A stretch of DNA of 64,000 nucleotides from Ignavibacteriota bacterium (GCA_963801355.1 CAWDEM010000008.1:2720001-2784000); one strand, 5' to 3'; counted from the first letter of the stretch, positions 28,170-38,394 are shown. Notes: a model not told the origin generated them from the letters alone. Translations and numbers: made by a program.

Positions 28170-29339
28170 ATGTTCGATCATGAAACCCTATCACGCGCGC
28201 GGTCGCTTTTCCCGTACATCGCGACAGGCCGCATCTATCTCAATCATGCGGCAACGAGTCCCTATTCCACCCGCGTCGTTGCGGCGGTCCGGCGGCACAT
28301 TGATGCGCGCACGACCGGAGACATCGATACCTATTGGTCCGATGTGAAGATGGTGGACGAGCTTCGCGATGCCGTATGCAGGATGATTCATGCAGAGGGA
28401 AGCGATCGTATCGCATTCACGGGAAACACCACCGATGCGCTCAACATCATCGCCTCGGGACTCCGATGGCGGTCCGGTGACCGTGTGCTGCTGAACGATG
28501 CGGAATTCCCGGCGAACCTCTATCCCTACATCAATCTCAAACGCTTCGGCGTCGAGCTGGATTTGATGCCGGCGGCGGGGGGTGTAGTGACTGTGGAGGA
28601 CGTTGCGCGCGCCATGACGCCGCGCACGCGCATTCTCGGACTGAGTGCGGTGCAGTTCCTCTCGGGCTACAGAGCGGATCTTGCGGCAATAGGACGCCTC
28701 TGCCGTGACCGGGGGGTGATTTTTGTCGTTGACGGGATACAATCGGTGGGTGCCGTGCAGACCGATGTGCAAGCCATGCACATTGATGCCCTGGCTGCCG
28801 GGGCGCAAAAATGGCAAATGGCGACACAGGGGGCCGGCTTCCTCTATATTACCGCCGCTCTCCAGGAGCAGATACAACAGGCACATCTCGGATGGCTCTC
28901 TGTGGAGAACCCCTGGCACTTCAAAGATCTGGACCAGCCTCTCGCGTCAACCGCACGGCGGTACGAAGGGGGCTCACTCTACATCTCCTGCCTTCACGCC
29001 ATGCATGCCTCAATCGGCACACTGCTGGAGTTCGGCATGGACCGGATAGAGCAACATATCACAGCTCTCACAGGCATGCTGCTGGAGGAGTTTCTTGAAA
29101 TCCCGGGGATTGAACCCGTCACTCCCCGGCCGTCGGAACGCCGCGCGGGTATCGTGACCGTCCGCACCTTAGAACCGGAAAAATCAAAGCTGCTTTGTCA
29201 GGCGCTCCAGGACCGCAAGATCTCCGCAGCGGTGCGGGAAGGGTGCGTGCGCTTTTCACCCCACTTCTACAATACGCCCGACGAAATGCACACCGTGGTT
29301 GATGTGGTGCGGGACTTCTCCGCCGCTCCAACAAAATGA
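28170..29339 (+). CDS. Class V PLP-dependent aminotransferase (cysteine desulfurase-like)
   Basis: YLNHAATSP, VDGIQSVG, GAQKW (PLP lysine), RFSPHFYN. Confidence 0.9.
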   Translation: MFDHETLSRARSLFPYIATGRIYLNHAATSPYSTRVVAAVRRHIDARTTGDIDTYWSDVKMVDELRDAVCRMIHAEGSDRIAFTGNTTDALNIIASGLRWRSGDRVLLNDAEFPANLYPYINLKRFGVELDLMPAAGGVVTVEDVARAMTPRTRILGLSAVQFLSGYRADLAAIGRLCRDRGVIFVVDGIQSVGAVQTDVQAMHIDALAAGAQKWQMATQGAGFLYITAALQEQIQQAHLGWLSVENPWHFKDLDQPLASTARRYEGGSLYISCLHAMHASIGTLLEFGMDRIEQHITALTGMLLEEFLEIPGIEPVTPRPSERRAGIVTVRTLEPEKSKLLCQALQDRKISAAVREGCVRFSPHFYNTPDEMHTVVDVVRDFSAAPTK

Positions 29340-29362
29340 ATGTACAGAGCATCACAATTCCA

Positions 29363-29525
29363 GTAGTTGGAACGAGTACTGTGCCCCTCGTTATGGTGAA
29401 TCAATACGTTGGAGGGGCACTAGTGCCGTCCCAACTATCATTGGCTAGAGACACATCTACGGGTCATTGTTGGGACGCGCACCGCGCCCCATACGTTCAT
29501 AGAAAAAAAGTGGTAGGGGCACTAG
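29363..29525. repeat. Cluster of 3-4 degenerate REP-like units in alternating orientation (BIME-like)
   Basis: Unit approx. GTAGGGGCAC(T)AGTGC-CGTCCCAAC: minus copy 29363-29392, plus copy 29411-29438, minus copy 29469-29494, partial plus copy 29513-29525. Confidence 0.7.
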
Positions 29526-30457
29526 CCCGGCTCCGGTGCCGTGCGCGTCGGTCGCAGCACGATCAGCACCACTCCGGCAACAATCACGAGTGCCGCCAGT
29601 CCCATGCGGGCGGTGAACTCCTCACCGCCGAGTGTCCACCCGAGAAAGACCGCAATAAGGGGATTGACGAAGGCGTAGGTCGAAACCCGCGACGGGGACA
29701 CCACGCGCAACAGCCAGACATACGCTGTGAATCCCACCAGTGAACCGAAGACGGCAAGGTAGACAACGGAGAGCACGGACTTAAGGGAAACCGCCGACGG
29801 ATCGATCCGCCACGGCTCGCCGGTGAGAACGCTGAAGGCCAGAAGCAACGCACCCCCCGTGATCATCTCCAGTGCTGTCGCCATAAATGGAGAAGCCGGA
29901 AGCGAGGCGCGCCGTGAATAGAGCGATCCGGCCGCCCATGACATCGTGGCCAGCATCAAGACCAGTATCCCGACGAGCGGGAATCCGCCGCCGCCCAGGA
30001 TCCTGTCAGGACCGATCAACCAGATCACCCCGGCAAGCCCCAGAGCCAGTCCCAGCACCACCTTCCCCGCAGGCCGCGGCGCACCAAACCAGATCCAGTC
30101 CAGCACGACAAACCAGATGGGCGATGTGCTGATGAGCAGCGCGGTCACCCCCGAGGGAATCATCTGCTCCGCCCAGGTGACGCCCCCGTTGCCGACCAGC
30201 AACAGCAAAGCACCGACGGCCGCGGCCGAACGCCACTGCCGCATGGTTGGCCCGGGCACGCCGCGCCAGCGGAGCCATCCGTAGAGCACCGACCCCGCCG
30301 CGGCGAACCGCCCCCCCGCCATCATGAAGGGCGGCAGTGTCTCGACGCCGAAGCGGATGAAGAGGTAGGTCGATCCCCAGATAATGTAGATCGCCAGGAA
30401 AGCAATCAGGATCTTCGCCCGCGAAGGGGGCGCGGTGGATGGGGCGGTGTGTGCGAT
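29522..30457 (-). CDS. EamA/DMT family transporter (YedA-like); start apparently non-canonical (ATC 30457)
   Basis: In-frame region upstream of the listed ORF reads AFLAIYIIWGSTYLFIRFGVETLPPFMMAGGRF (YedA TM1 signature); STYAFVNPLIAVFLG near the C-terminus; no ATG/GTG/TTG between in-frame TGA 30571 and ATG 30325. Confidence 0.85.
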   Translation of the reverse strand: MAHTAPSTAPPSRAKILIAFLAIYIIWGSTYLFIRFGVETLPPFMMAGGRFAAAGSVLYGWLRWRGVPGPTMRQWRSAAAVGALLLLVGNGGVTWAEQMIPSGVTALLISTSPIWFVVLDWIWFGAPRPAGKVVLGLALGLAGVIWLIGPDRILGGGGFPLVGILVLMLATMSWAAGSLYSRRASLPASPFMATALEMITGGALLLAFSVLTGEPWRIDPSAVSLKSVLSVVYLAVFGSLVGFTAYVWLLRVVSPSRVSTYAFVNPLIAVFLGWTLGGEEFTARMGLAALVIVAGVVLIVLRPTRTAPEPG

Positions 30458-30474
30458 GTACGTCTCCCGCTCCC

Positions 30475-31338
30475 TTACTCCCGGAGGAGAGATTCTTTCG
30501 CCTCGAGCAGTTCCGCTTGTTGTTGCTTGGACAATGCCGGGTACGAGAGGTTGAGAGACTTGAGCTTGTCAATGATAATCCGCGCGACGAGCGCGCGCGT
30601 GAACCATTTGTGGTCTGCGGGGATAACATGCCAGGGGGCCCACTGCGTGCTGGTGCTTCCCAGCATTTCTTCATAGGCCTCCATGTATTCCTTCCAGCAA
30701 TTCCTTTCTTTTACGTCCGCCGCCGAGAACTTCCAGTTCTTCTCCGGCGTGTCGATCCGTGCCAGGAACCGTTCTTTCTGCTCTTTCTTCGAGACATTCA
30801 GGAAGAACTTCAGAATGACGGTTCCGTTGCGCATAAGGTACTTTTCCACCGCATTGATGTCTTCGTACCTCTTCTTCCAGAGCGATCCTTTCACGTCCTC
30901 GGCGGGAATGCTTTGCTTCTGAAGGAATTCCGGATGGACTCGCACCACCAGCACTTCCTCATAGTAGGAACGGTTAAATATGCCGATACGCCCGCGCTCG
31001 GGCAACACCTTCAGGCACCGCCAGAGGAAGTCATGATCCAGTTCTTCCGCCGAGGGGGACTTGAAACTGAAGACCTGGCATCCCTGCGGATTGACGCCGG
31101 ACATCACGTGCTTGATCACGCTGTCCTTGCCGGCGGCGTCCATAGCCTGGAATATCAAAAGCAGTGCCCGGCTGTTCTCCGCATAGAGCACATCCTGCAG
31201 CTTCGCCAGCTTGTCGACATCATCCTGCAGGTCCTGTGCTGCATCTTCTTTGCTCTTGTATTTTCCGGTGTCGTCCGGGTCGAAGTCCTTCATCGACACG
31301 GATGCGCCGGGGGAAACGATGTATTTGTCGAGAGTCAT
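30475..31338 (-). CDS. ppk2: Polyphosphate kinase 2 family protein (class III-like)
   Basis: Walker A FQAMDAAGKDS, FNRSYYEEVLVVRVHP, KNWKFS..D..ER, WAPWHVIPADHKW. Confidence 0.93.
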   Translation of the reverse strand: MTLDKYIVSPGASVSMKDFDPDDTGKYKSKEDAAQDLQDDVDKLAKLQDVLYAENSRALLLIFQAMDAAGKDSVIKHVMSGVNPQGCQVFSFKSPSAEELDHDFLWRCLKVLPERGRIGIFNRSYYEEVLVVRVHPEFLQKQSIPAEDVKGSLWKKRYEDINAVEKYLMRNGTVILKFFLNVSKKEQKERFLARIDTPEKNWKFSAADVKERNCWKEYMEAYEEMLGSTSTQWAPWHVIPADHKWFTRALVARIIIDKLKSLNLSYPALSKQQQAELLEAKESLLRE

Positions 31339-31363
31339 GTCTGCTCCCTGATAGTGACGCCGT

Positions 31364-31987
31364 TCAGTTTCCGTCCCGCAGCATCATCGCGATCTTGCTC
31401 ACGACCATGTCGATCGCCACCGTGTTCATTGCGCCGCGGGGAATAATGACATCGGCCCAGTGTTTGCTGGGCTCAACGAATTCGAGGTGCATCGGCTTCA
31501 CCGTGCCCATGTACTGCTGCATCACCGACTCCATCGAGCGTCCGCGCTCCAGGATGTCCCTGCGGATCCGGCGAATCAGCCGTTCGTCCGCATCTGTGTC
31601 CACAAAAATCCTGACATCCATCAGCTCCCGCAATTCCTTGTCGGTAAAGATCAGGATTCCGTCGATGATGATGATTTCCCGGGGATCGACACGGCGTGTG
31701 GAATCCAGACGCCGGTGTGTGGTGAAATTGTAGATCGGTTCGTCGATGCTCTTTCCCGCCTTCAAATCCCTGATGTGCCGGATCATCAGGGGTGTCTCCA
31801 GGGAATCGGGATGATCGAAATTGATCGCCTCCGGTGGAATGCCGCCGTACGTACTCAGGTCCCTGTAGTACGAATCGTGTTGAAGAACGACGACACGGGA
31901 TTTGTCCAGTCGGTCCAGGATCGCCTGCGTGACCGTTGTTTTGCCCGACCCGGTTCCGCCGGCAATGCCGATAACAAGAGGGTTCAT
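31364..31987 (-). CDS. udk: Uridine kinase
   Basis: IGIAGGTGSGKTT, HDSYYRD, NFDHPDS, RRIRRDILERGR, VKPMHLEFVEPSKHWAD. Confidence 0.95.
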   Translation of the reverse strand: MNPLVIGIAGGTGSGKTTVTQAILDRLDKSRVVVLQHDSYYRDLSTYGGIPPEAINFDHPDSLETPLMIRHIRDLKAGKSIDEPIYNFTTHRRLDSTRRVDPREIIIIDGILIFTDKELRELMDVRIFVDTDADERLIRRIRRDILERGRSMESVMQQYMGTVKPMHLEFVEPSKHWADVIIPRGAMNTVAIDMVVSKIAMMLRDGN

Positions 31988-32065
31988 GAGGTACTGGCGC
32001 GATGTGATGGGGAACAACGTGTGGAGAAGATACGGGATTTTCCGGAAGAATGAAACGCGAGGCGG

Positions 32066-32133
32066 GGCACGAGGCACGAGGCACGGGGCACGGGGCACGA
32101 GGCACGGGGCACGAGGCACGGGGCACGAGGCAC
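32066..32133. repeat. Heptanucleotide tandem repeat (GGCACGR) x9 plus a partial unit
   Basis: Read directly; the variable seventh base runs A,A,G,G,A,G,A,G,A; intergenic between argH and udk. Confidence 0.95.
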
Positions 32134-32146
32134 CGAGCAGGAGGCA

Positions 32147-33565
32147 TTACGGCCGCAGGAAGCCCCGTGAAGACTTCATACGGCGCTCCCAGCGGGTCAA
32201 GGCGGCACGGACTTCTTCCGGCGACGTGGAACCCGCGGAACGCTTCGCGGCGAGGGACGCCCGGGGCGAGAGGAGCGAAAGAATTTCCCGATCACACTGT
32301 TTTGCATACTTCTTGAAATCCGTGAGCGTGAGTCCGGACAGCGTGCGCCCCGATGCGGCACAGTCGCGGACGATCTCTCCGGCGATGCCATGAGCGGTGC
32401 GGAACGGCACTCCTTTGCGGACAAGGTAGTCCGCAATCTCGGTCGCAAGCGACGGATCACCCTCCAGTTCCTTGTCGAACCGGTCCCTCCGGAACTTCAC
32501 GGTGCGCATCATCCCTGACATCACGCGCAGCGACGAGAGCACCGTACCGGCCGCGTCGAACAACGGTTCTTTGTCCTCCTGCATGTCCCTGTTGTAGGCA
32601 AGGGGCAATCCCTTCATCACCGTCAAGAGCGCCATCAGATCGCCGTACACCCTGCCGGTTTTTCCCCTCACGAGTTCTGCCAGGTCAGGGTTCTTTTTCT
32701 GCGGCATGATGCTGCTCCCGGTCGTGAATGCATCGCCGATGGAGACAAACCCCCATTCCTGCGACGACCAGATCACCAGCTCTTCACCGAGACGGCTCAG
32801 ATGCATCATGGTGATGGCACAGGCCGCGACAAACTCAATGACCGCATCACGGTCGCTCACGGCATCAATGCTGTTGTCCATGATGCCGTCAAGCCCGAGA
32901 AGATCCGCCACGCGCCGCCGGTTGATGGGGAAGGACGTGCCGGCAAGCGCCGCCGCCCCCAGCGGCGATCGGGCGATACGCGGCACCATGCCCTGAAACC
33001 GTTCGCCGTCCCGCTGCAGCATCTCCACATAGGCGAGCAGGTGGTGTGCGACGAGGAGAGGTTGTGCACGCTGCAGGTGGGTATAGCCGGGCATGACGAC
33101 ATGCTCATGCCGGCGCGCAACTGTCACGAGGGACCGCTGCAGCGACCGGAGTGCGCGCAGGACGTCCGCAACCGTACGGCGCAGATACAGCCGCTCATCC
33201 AGCGCTATCTGGTCGTTGCGGCTGCGGGCGGTATGCACGACGCCCGCACGCGGCCCGAGTTTCTCCCGCAGGCGCTGTTCGATCGCCATGTGAATATCGT
33301 CCGCAGCCATCCGGTTCCGGCCGCGTCCGCGCGCATGCTGCAGAGACCGGCCGGCCGTAATCTCTTGCTCGATATCCCCCAGTGCGGCAACAATCCGGCG
33401 GGCGTCACGGGCAGGAATGATGCGCTGCTCCGCAAGCATTTTCACGTGCGCGACGGTGCCGGCGATATCCTCACGGTAGAGCAGCCGGTCAACGGGGAGA
33501 GATGTTGAATATGTGAGTGCTTCCGGGTCCAGGGGAACCCGGAAGCGCCCGCGCATCTTCTTCAC
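32147..33565 (-). CDS. argH: Argininosuccinate lyase
   Basis: [44 protein letters not shown]. Confidence 0.97.
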   Translation of the reverse strand: MKKMRGRFRVPLDPEALTYSTSLPVDRLLYREDIAGTVAHVKMLAEQRIIPARDARRIVAALGDIEQEITAGRSLQHARGRGRNRMAADDIHMAIEQRLREKLGPRAGVVHTARSRNDQIALDERLYLRRTVADVLRALRSLQRSLVTVARRHEHVVMPGYTHLQRAQPLLVAHHLLAYVEMLQRDGERFQGMVPRIARSPLGAAALAGTSFPINRRRVADLLGLDGIMDNSIDAVSDRDAVIEFVAACAITMMHLSRLGEELVIWSSQEWGFVSIGDAFTTGSSIMPQKKNPDLAELVRGKTGRVYGDLMALLTVMKGLPLAYNRDMQEDKEPLFDAAGTVLSSLRVMSGMMRTVKFRRDRFDKELEGDPSLATEIADYLVRKGVPFRTAHGIAGEIVRDCAASGRTLSGLTLTDFKKYAKQCDREILSLLSPRASLAAKRSAGSTSPEEVRAALTRWERRMKSSRGFLRP

Positions 33566-34815
33566 GAATTGATTTCCGTTGTGGTCATCAACTCAGACGG
33601 CGTCACCATCCCGGCGGCCTGCTGTTCGACCTGATGATAGGTCTTGACCGGGAGGCCGTAGATTGCGATAAATCCTTCCGAGGCCTTATGATCGAACGTG
33701 TCCTCTTCCGTATACGTCGCCAGCTTCGCGTTGTAGAGGGAATGCACCGACTGCCGTCCGGTGATGATCACGTTTCCTTTGTAGAGCTTCAGCCGCACAA
33801 GTCCATTCACATGGCGCTGGGTTTCGTTCACGAACGCGTCCAGCGCCTGGCGCAGCGGCGTGAACCAGAGGCCGTTATACACCAGGTTGGCATATTCCGC
33901 GGCAAGCTGGTTTTTCATGTGGAACACCGACTTGTCCAGCGTCAGGCGCTCCAGCTCCGTGTGTGCAAAGTGCAGAATGGTGGCCGCGGGAGCTTCGTAG
34001 ATCTCGCGTGATTTGATGCCGACCAGGCGGTTCTCGATGAGATCGATTCTCCCGATGCCATGCGCTCCCCCAATATCGCCGAGCATTTGCACAAGTGCAA
34101 CGGCGTCCATGGGGATGCCGTTGACTGCAACGGGAATTCCGGCGGCAAATTCGATCTCCATATGCACCGGTTCATCCGGCGCCAGTTCCGGCGACACCGT
34201 CCGCTGGTAGGCATCGTCCGGGGGTTCCACCATGGGATCCTCAAGCACACCGCACTCAACGGCCGTCCCCCAGAGGTTGTCGTCGATGGAATAGGGTTTC
34301 TGGACTGTGACAGACACGGGGATGCCGTGCTTTTGCGCGTACGCAATCTCTTCTTCACGCGATTTGAATTCCCAGATGCGCAACGGAGCGAGGTTTTTCA
34401 AATCGGGAGCGAGCGCGGAGACGGAGACTTCAAAACGGACCTGATCGTTGCCCTTTCCGGTGCATCCATGGGCGACCATGGTGGCCTTTTCCTTGCGCGC
34501 CACTTCGACGAGCCCCTTCGCCAGCAAGGGGCGTCCCAGAGAGGTTGCCATCGGGTACGTTTTCTCGTACAGCGCGCCCGCTTTGAGCGCCGGAAAGACG
34601 TAGTGCTCGACGAACTCTTTCTTGAGATCGCTCACGTACGCGCGCACGGCGCCCGTGCGGAGCGCCTTCTCTTTCACGCCGCTCAACTCCCGGCTGTACC
34701 CCAGGTCGCCGGTGAAGGTAATAACCTCGGCGTCCATCTTCTCAATGAGCCACCGTACCATCACGGACGTATCCAGGCCGCCCGAATATGCAACCACAAT
34801 CCGTTCCTTGCTCAT
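33562..34815 (-). CDS. argG: Argininosuccinate synthase
   Basis: [39 protein letters not shown]. Confidence 0.97.
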   Translation of the reverse strand: MSKERIVVAYSGGLDTSVMVRWLIEKMDAEVITFTGDLGYSRELSGVKEKALRTGAVRAYVSDLKKEFVEHYVFPALKAGALYEKTYPMATSLGRPLLAKGLVEVARKEKATMVAHGCTGKGNDQVRFEVSVSALAPDLKNLAPLRIWEFKSREEEIAYAQKHGIPVSVTVQKPYSIDDNLWGTAVECGVLEDPMVEPPDDAYQRTVSPELAPDEPVHMEIEFAAGIPVAVNGIPMDAVALVQMLGDIGGAHGIGRIDLIENRLVGIKSREIYEAPAATILHFAHTELERLTLDKSVFHMKNQLAAEYANLVYNGLWFTPLRQALDAFVNETQRHVNGLVRLKLYKGNVIITGRQSVHSLYNAKLATYTEEDTFDHKASEGFIAIYGLPVKTYHQVEQQAAGMVTPSELMTTTEINS

Positions 34816-35264
34816 GCTGCACCTTCTATCAATGTATGTTTGAGAAATTGCATTATCTGCGCTGTCTTTTTTGCCGATGACGGCACCACCAGAATGGTAT
34901 TGTCCCCCGCCACCGTCCCGATGATCTCCGGATGACGCCGGACATCTATAAATTCGCCGACGGTGTTTGCGCAGCCCGGGAGCGTATGCACCACGACCAG
35001 CGATTCGTTGGCGTCAATCGAGACCACCTCTGCACTGACAAGCGGCCGCAACGCGTGCATGCCCGCAGAGGGTGGAATGACATACCGGGGAGCACCTCCC
35101 TGTGATACCCGGCTGACGTCCAGTTCCTGCATGTCACGCGAGAGTGTTGCCTGCGTGACGCGAAAACCGCGCTTGCCCAGCTCGCGGCGCAACTCTTCCT
35201 GGGTGCCGATGGCACGCGCAGCGATAATTTCTTTGATGGCAAACTGCCTGGCGTTCTTGGTCAT
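34812..35264 (-). CDS. argR: Arginine repressor
   Basis: [14 protein letters not shown] wHTH; GTVAGDNT arginine-binding motif. Confidence 0.95.
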   Translation of the reverse strand: MTKNARQFAIKEIIAARAIGTQEELRRELGKRGFRVTQATLSRDMQELDVSRVSQGGAPRYVIPPSAGMHALRPLVSAEVVSIDANESLVVVHTLPGCANTVGEFIDVRRHPEIIGTVAGDNTILVVPSSAKKTAQIMQFLKHTLIEGAA

Positions 35265-35286
35265 TCCATGGCTCCACAGTGCACTG

Positions 35287-36135
35287 CTACACCACTTCCG
35301 TGCCGACGCCTTCGTCCGTAAAGATCTCGAGCAACAGCGAATGTTTCACGCGCCCGTCGATAATATGCACCTTGCGCACCCCGGCCGCCAGCGCGTCGAA
35401 GGCGGAACGGATCTTGGGCAGCATCCCGCTGCTGATCACCCCCTCTTTCACCAGCGCCTCCGCGTGCGCACGGTCCACCGACGGAACCAGCGCTCCGTGT
35501 GCCATCACCCCTTCCACGTCGCTCAGATACACAAGTTTTTCGGCCTTCAATGCCTCCGCAATGCACCCCGCGGCAATGTCACCGTTGATATTGTACGCCT
35601 GTCCGCGGTCATCCACCCCGATCGGCGCGATCACCGGCATGATTTCATGCGTGAACAGAAGATCCAGGAACGAGGTGTTCACCTGGACGATGTCACCCAC
35701 CAGGCCCAGATCAGATCCTCCCTGGTCCGACTTCCTCACCCGCAGCAGACCGTCATCGATGCCGCAGATCCCCACGGCGCCACCGTCGTGCTGGTTGATG
35801 CGCGCAACGATATCCTTGTTCGTCTTGCCGCCGAGCACCATCTGGACCACGTCCATCATGGCGTCATCCGTGTACCGCTGTCCTTCGACGAACCGTGAGG
35901 GTATGCCGAGCCTGCCGGCCACGTCGGTGATCTCTTTCCCGCCGCCGTGCACGATGACGATGCGGATGCCGATTTTCTTCAGGAGCGTGACATCCTGCGC
36001 AAAGGCTTCTTTGAGTTCATCATCCACCATTGCGGCGCCGCCGTACTTGATGACGAAGGTTTTCTGCTCGTACTGCTGGATGTAGGGCAGCGCTTCAATG
36101 AGTACTTCGGTTTTTGTTGCTGTGCTGAGCACCAT
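35287..36135 (-). CDS. argB: Acetylglutamate kinase
   Basis: LIEALPYI, VIKYGGAAM, VHGGG, NINGD, GMLPK, HSLLLEIFTDEGVGT. Confidence 0.97.
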   Translation of the reverse strand: MVLSTATKTEVLIEALPYIQQYEQKTFVIKYGGAAMVDDELKEAFAQDVTLLKKIGIRIVIVHGGGKEITDVAGRLGIPSRFVEGQRYTDDAMMDVVQMVLGGKTNKDIVARINQHDGGAVGICGIDDGLLRVRKSDQGGSDLGLVGDIVQVNTSFLDLLFTHEIMPVIAPIGVDDRGQAYNINGDIAAGCIAEALKAEKLVYLSDVEGVMAHGALVPSVDRAHAEALVKEGVISSGMLPKIRSAFDALAAGVRKVHIIDGRVKHSLLLEIFTDEGVGTEVV

Positions 36136-36138
36136 GCG

Positions 36139-37356
36139 TCAGGTCCTGTAGTTGGCATTGATGGCGACGTAGTCTTTCGACAGGTCGCACGTCCAGAATG
36201 TGGCGGCGGCGGTCCCCCGGTGCAGATCAATGGTGATCACAATCTCCCGCTGTGAGAGCACCCGCTTTGCGTCTTCTTCGGAAAAGTTGATGGCGTAGTC
36301 GCGGCCGAGGATGGGCACGTCGCCGAAGTGGATCGTCACACCGGCCGGGTCGAATGTGATGCCTGAGTAGCCGATGGCGGCGAGGATTCTTCCCCAGTTG
36401 GCATCTTCGCCGTGGAGCGCGGTTTTCACGAGATTTGAGTTCGCCACCGCACGCGCGGCCCGGTCGGCTTCTTCTTCCGATGCTGCGCCCTGCATCCGGA
36501 TCTCCACAAACTTCGTGGCCCCTTCGCCGTCCATCACGATCATCTTGGAGAGCGTGACCAGCAACTTCTCCAGCGCGGCCGCAAAGATGTCGTACAGTTC
36601 CCCTGCGGGCCCTGTGATCTCTTCGTTCCCTGCCAATCCATTGGCCAGCACGAGAACCATATCGTTGGTGCTCATGTCGCCGTCGACGGAAATACGGTTG
36701 AACGAGCGGGCTACCGACTGCTGCGTCGCCTTCTGGAGTGCGGGGAGCGTGATATGTGCATCCGTGCTGATGAATGCCAGCATTGTCGCCATGTTGGGGG
36801 CGATCATTCCCGAGCCCTTCGCCATTCCGCCGAGGGTCACGGTGACGCCGTTCCGGACGAACTGCACCGCGGCTTCCTTGGCGAAGGTGTCGGTGGTACG
36901 GATTGCCTCTGCGGCCGCGTCGCCGTACGGGGAGCCGGCGCCGAGGGATCGGGCGGAAAGCCGGATTCCCTCAGCCACCTCCTCCATGGGAAGATACTGG
37001 CCGATCACGCCGGTGGAGGAAACGAGGACTTCGTCCTGCTGGATGCCCAATGCCTCGGCCGTCAGCCGGGCCATCGCACGTGCGTCCTGCATGCCCCGTT
37101 CGCCGGTACAGGCGTTCGCATTCCCGCTGTTCACCGCAAGTGCTCTGAACCGTCCACCGCGTGCGCACAGTTCTTTGTCGAAGACCACGGGTGCCGCCTG
37201 CACCACGTTGGTCGTGAACACGCCCGCGGCCACCGCCGGGGCGTCGGTCGTCACCAGTGCAAAGTCTTTCTTTGCTTTCTTGATGCCGCAATGCACGCCG
37301 GCGGCCATGAAGCCGCGCGGCGAGGTAATGCCACCGCTGATGTCAGTGATGCCCAT
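36139..37356 (-). CDS. argJ: Bifunctional ornithine acetyltransferase/N-acetylglutamate synthase
   Basis: NSGNANACTG, STGVIG, KGSGMIAPNMATML, DGEGATK, DANWGRI, INANYRT. Confidence 0.97.
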   Translation of the reverse strand: MGITDISGGITSPRGFMAAGVHCGIKKAKKDFALVTTDAPAVAAGVFTTNVVQAAPVVFDKELCARGGRFRALAVNSGNANACTGERGMQDARAMARLTAEALGIQQDEVLVSSTGVIGQYLPMEEVAEGIRLSARSLGAGSPYGDAAAEAIRTTDTFAKEAAVQFVRNGVTVTLGGMAKGSGMIAPNMATMLAFISTDAHITLPALQKATQQSVARSFNRISVDGDMSTNDMVLVLANGLAGNEEITGPAGELYDIFAAALEKLLVTLSKMIVMDGEGATKFVEIRMQGAASEEEADRAARAVANSNLVKTALHGEDANWGRILAAIGYSGITFDPAGVTIHFGDVPILGRDYAINFSEEDAKRVLSQREIVITIDLHRGTAAATFWTCDLSKDYVAINANYRT

Positions 37357-37364
37357 GCGAGTCC

Positions 37365-38375
37365 TTACTGCAATAGATGACGCTCGGGATACCCGAACAT
37401 GATGTTCATATTCTGAAGTGCCTGTCCGGCTGCACCTTTCACCAGGTTGTCGATGACCGACAGGATGATGAGTTTCTGTGTGGACGGTTCTACCAGGACC
37501 GTCATGTCACAGAAATTCGTGTAGGCGACTGCTCTGATGTCCGGCACGTCGTGCCGCACGCGCACAAATGGTTCTGCCGCGTAACGCCGCTCGTACAGGG
37601 CCAGCACATCGCCGGCCGTCACGGGCCGCTGAAGGTCCGCGTGGATTGTCGTGAATATTCCCCGGGTAAGCGGGACCAGGTGCGGCACGAAGGAGATGGA
37701 CACGGGAACGCCGGCGGCACGTTCCAGTACGGAGCGGATTTCCGGAAGATGCTGGTGTGTTCCCACCTTGTATGCGCGGATGGATTCATTCACCTCCGTG
37801 AAGCTGAGCTCGACGCTGCTGCTGCGGCCTGCACCGGAGACTCCGGACATCGAGGTAATCACGATCCCTTCCGGCTTGATGACATTTTCCTGCAGGGCCG
37901 GCAGGAGTCCCAGGAGCGCGCTGGTGGGGTAACACCCGGGGTTGGCGACAAAGGATGCAGTGCGGATCCGTTCGCGGTACAGTTCCGGCAGGCCGTACAC
38001 GGCCTTCCCGAGGAGATCCGGTGCTGTGTGGGGCCTCCCGTAGTATGTTTCGTACACTGCCGCGTCGGCAAGCCGGAAATCGCCCCCCAGGTCAATGATC
38101 CTGCCGACCCGGCCGGCAAGTGCCGGCACAATGCGCATCGCTTCACCGGACGGCAAAGCGACGAACACACAGTCCAGCCCGTCGAACCGCTCCGCTGCAA
38201 ACTCCTCGAACACGAGGCTGTACACTCCCCGCAGCGATGTATGCACACTTCCGACCGGTTTGCCGGCGGACGCATTTGCCGACACACGGACCACGCGTAC
38301 CTGTTCGCCGCCCGCCAGCAACCTCAACAACTCACCACCGGTGTACCCCGATGCACCGACAATCCCGCATTGCAT
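37365..38375 (-). CDS. argC: N-acetyl-gamma-glutamyl-phosphate reductase
   Basis: GASGYTGGEL, ANPGCYPT, SGVSGAGR, IDNLVKGAAGQA. Confidence 0.97.
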   Translation of the reverse strand: MQCGIVGASGYTGGELLRLLAGGEQVRVVRVSANASAGKPVGSVHTSLRGVYSLVFEEFAAERFDGLDCVFVALPSGEAMRIVPALAGRVGRIIDLGGDFRLADAAVYETYYGRPHTAPDLLGKAVYGLPELYRERIRTASFVANPGCYPTSALLGLLPALQENVIKPEGIVITSMSGVSGAGRSSSVELSFTEVNESIRAYKVGTHQHLPEIRSVLERAAGVPVSISFVPHLVPLTRGIFTTIHADLQRPVTAGDVLALYERRYAAEPFVRVRHDVPDIRAVAYTNFCDMTVLVEPSTQKLIILSVIDNLVKGAAGQALQNMNIMFGYPERHLLQ

Positions 38376-38394
38376 AGCATACCACCTTTTTTAT

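Noticed and set aside
29363-29525. Possible CRISPR array
   Set aside because: Units alternate in orientation, are degenerate and irregularly spaced; no cas genes nearby.
29336-29743. 135-aa ORF spanning the REP-like cluster
   Set aside because: Made of repeat DNA plus the antisense of the EamA gene; not protein-like.
31988-32119. N-terminal extension of Udk (PRAPCLV repeats)
   Set aside because: It is the translated heptamer array; homology starts at MNPLVIGIAGG (31987).
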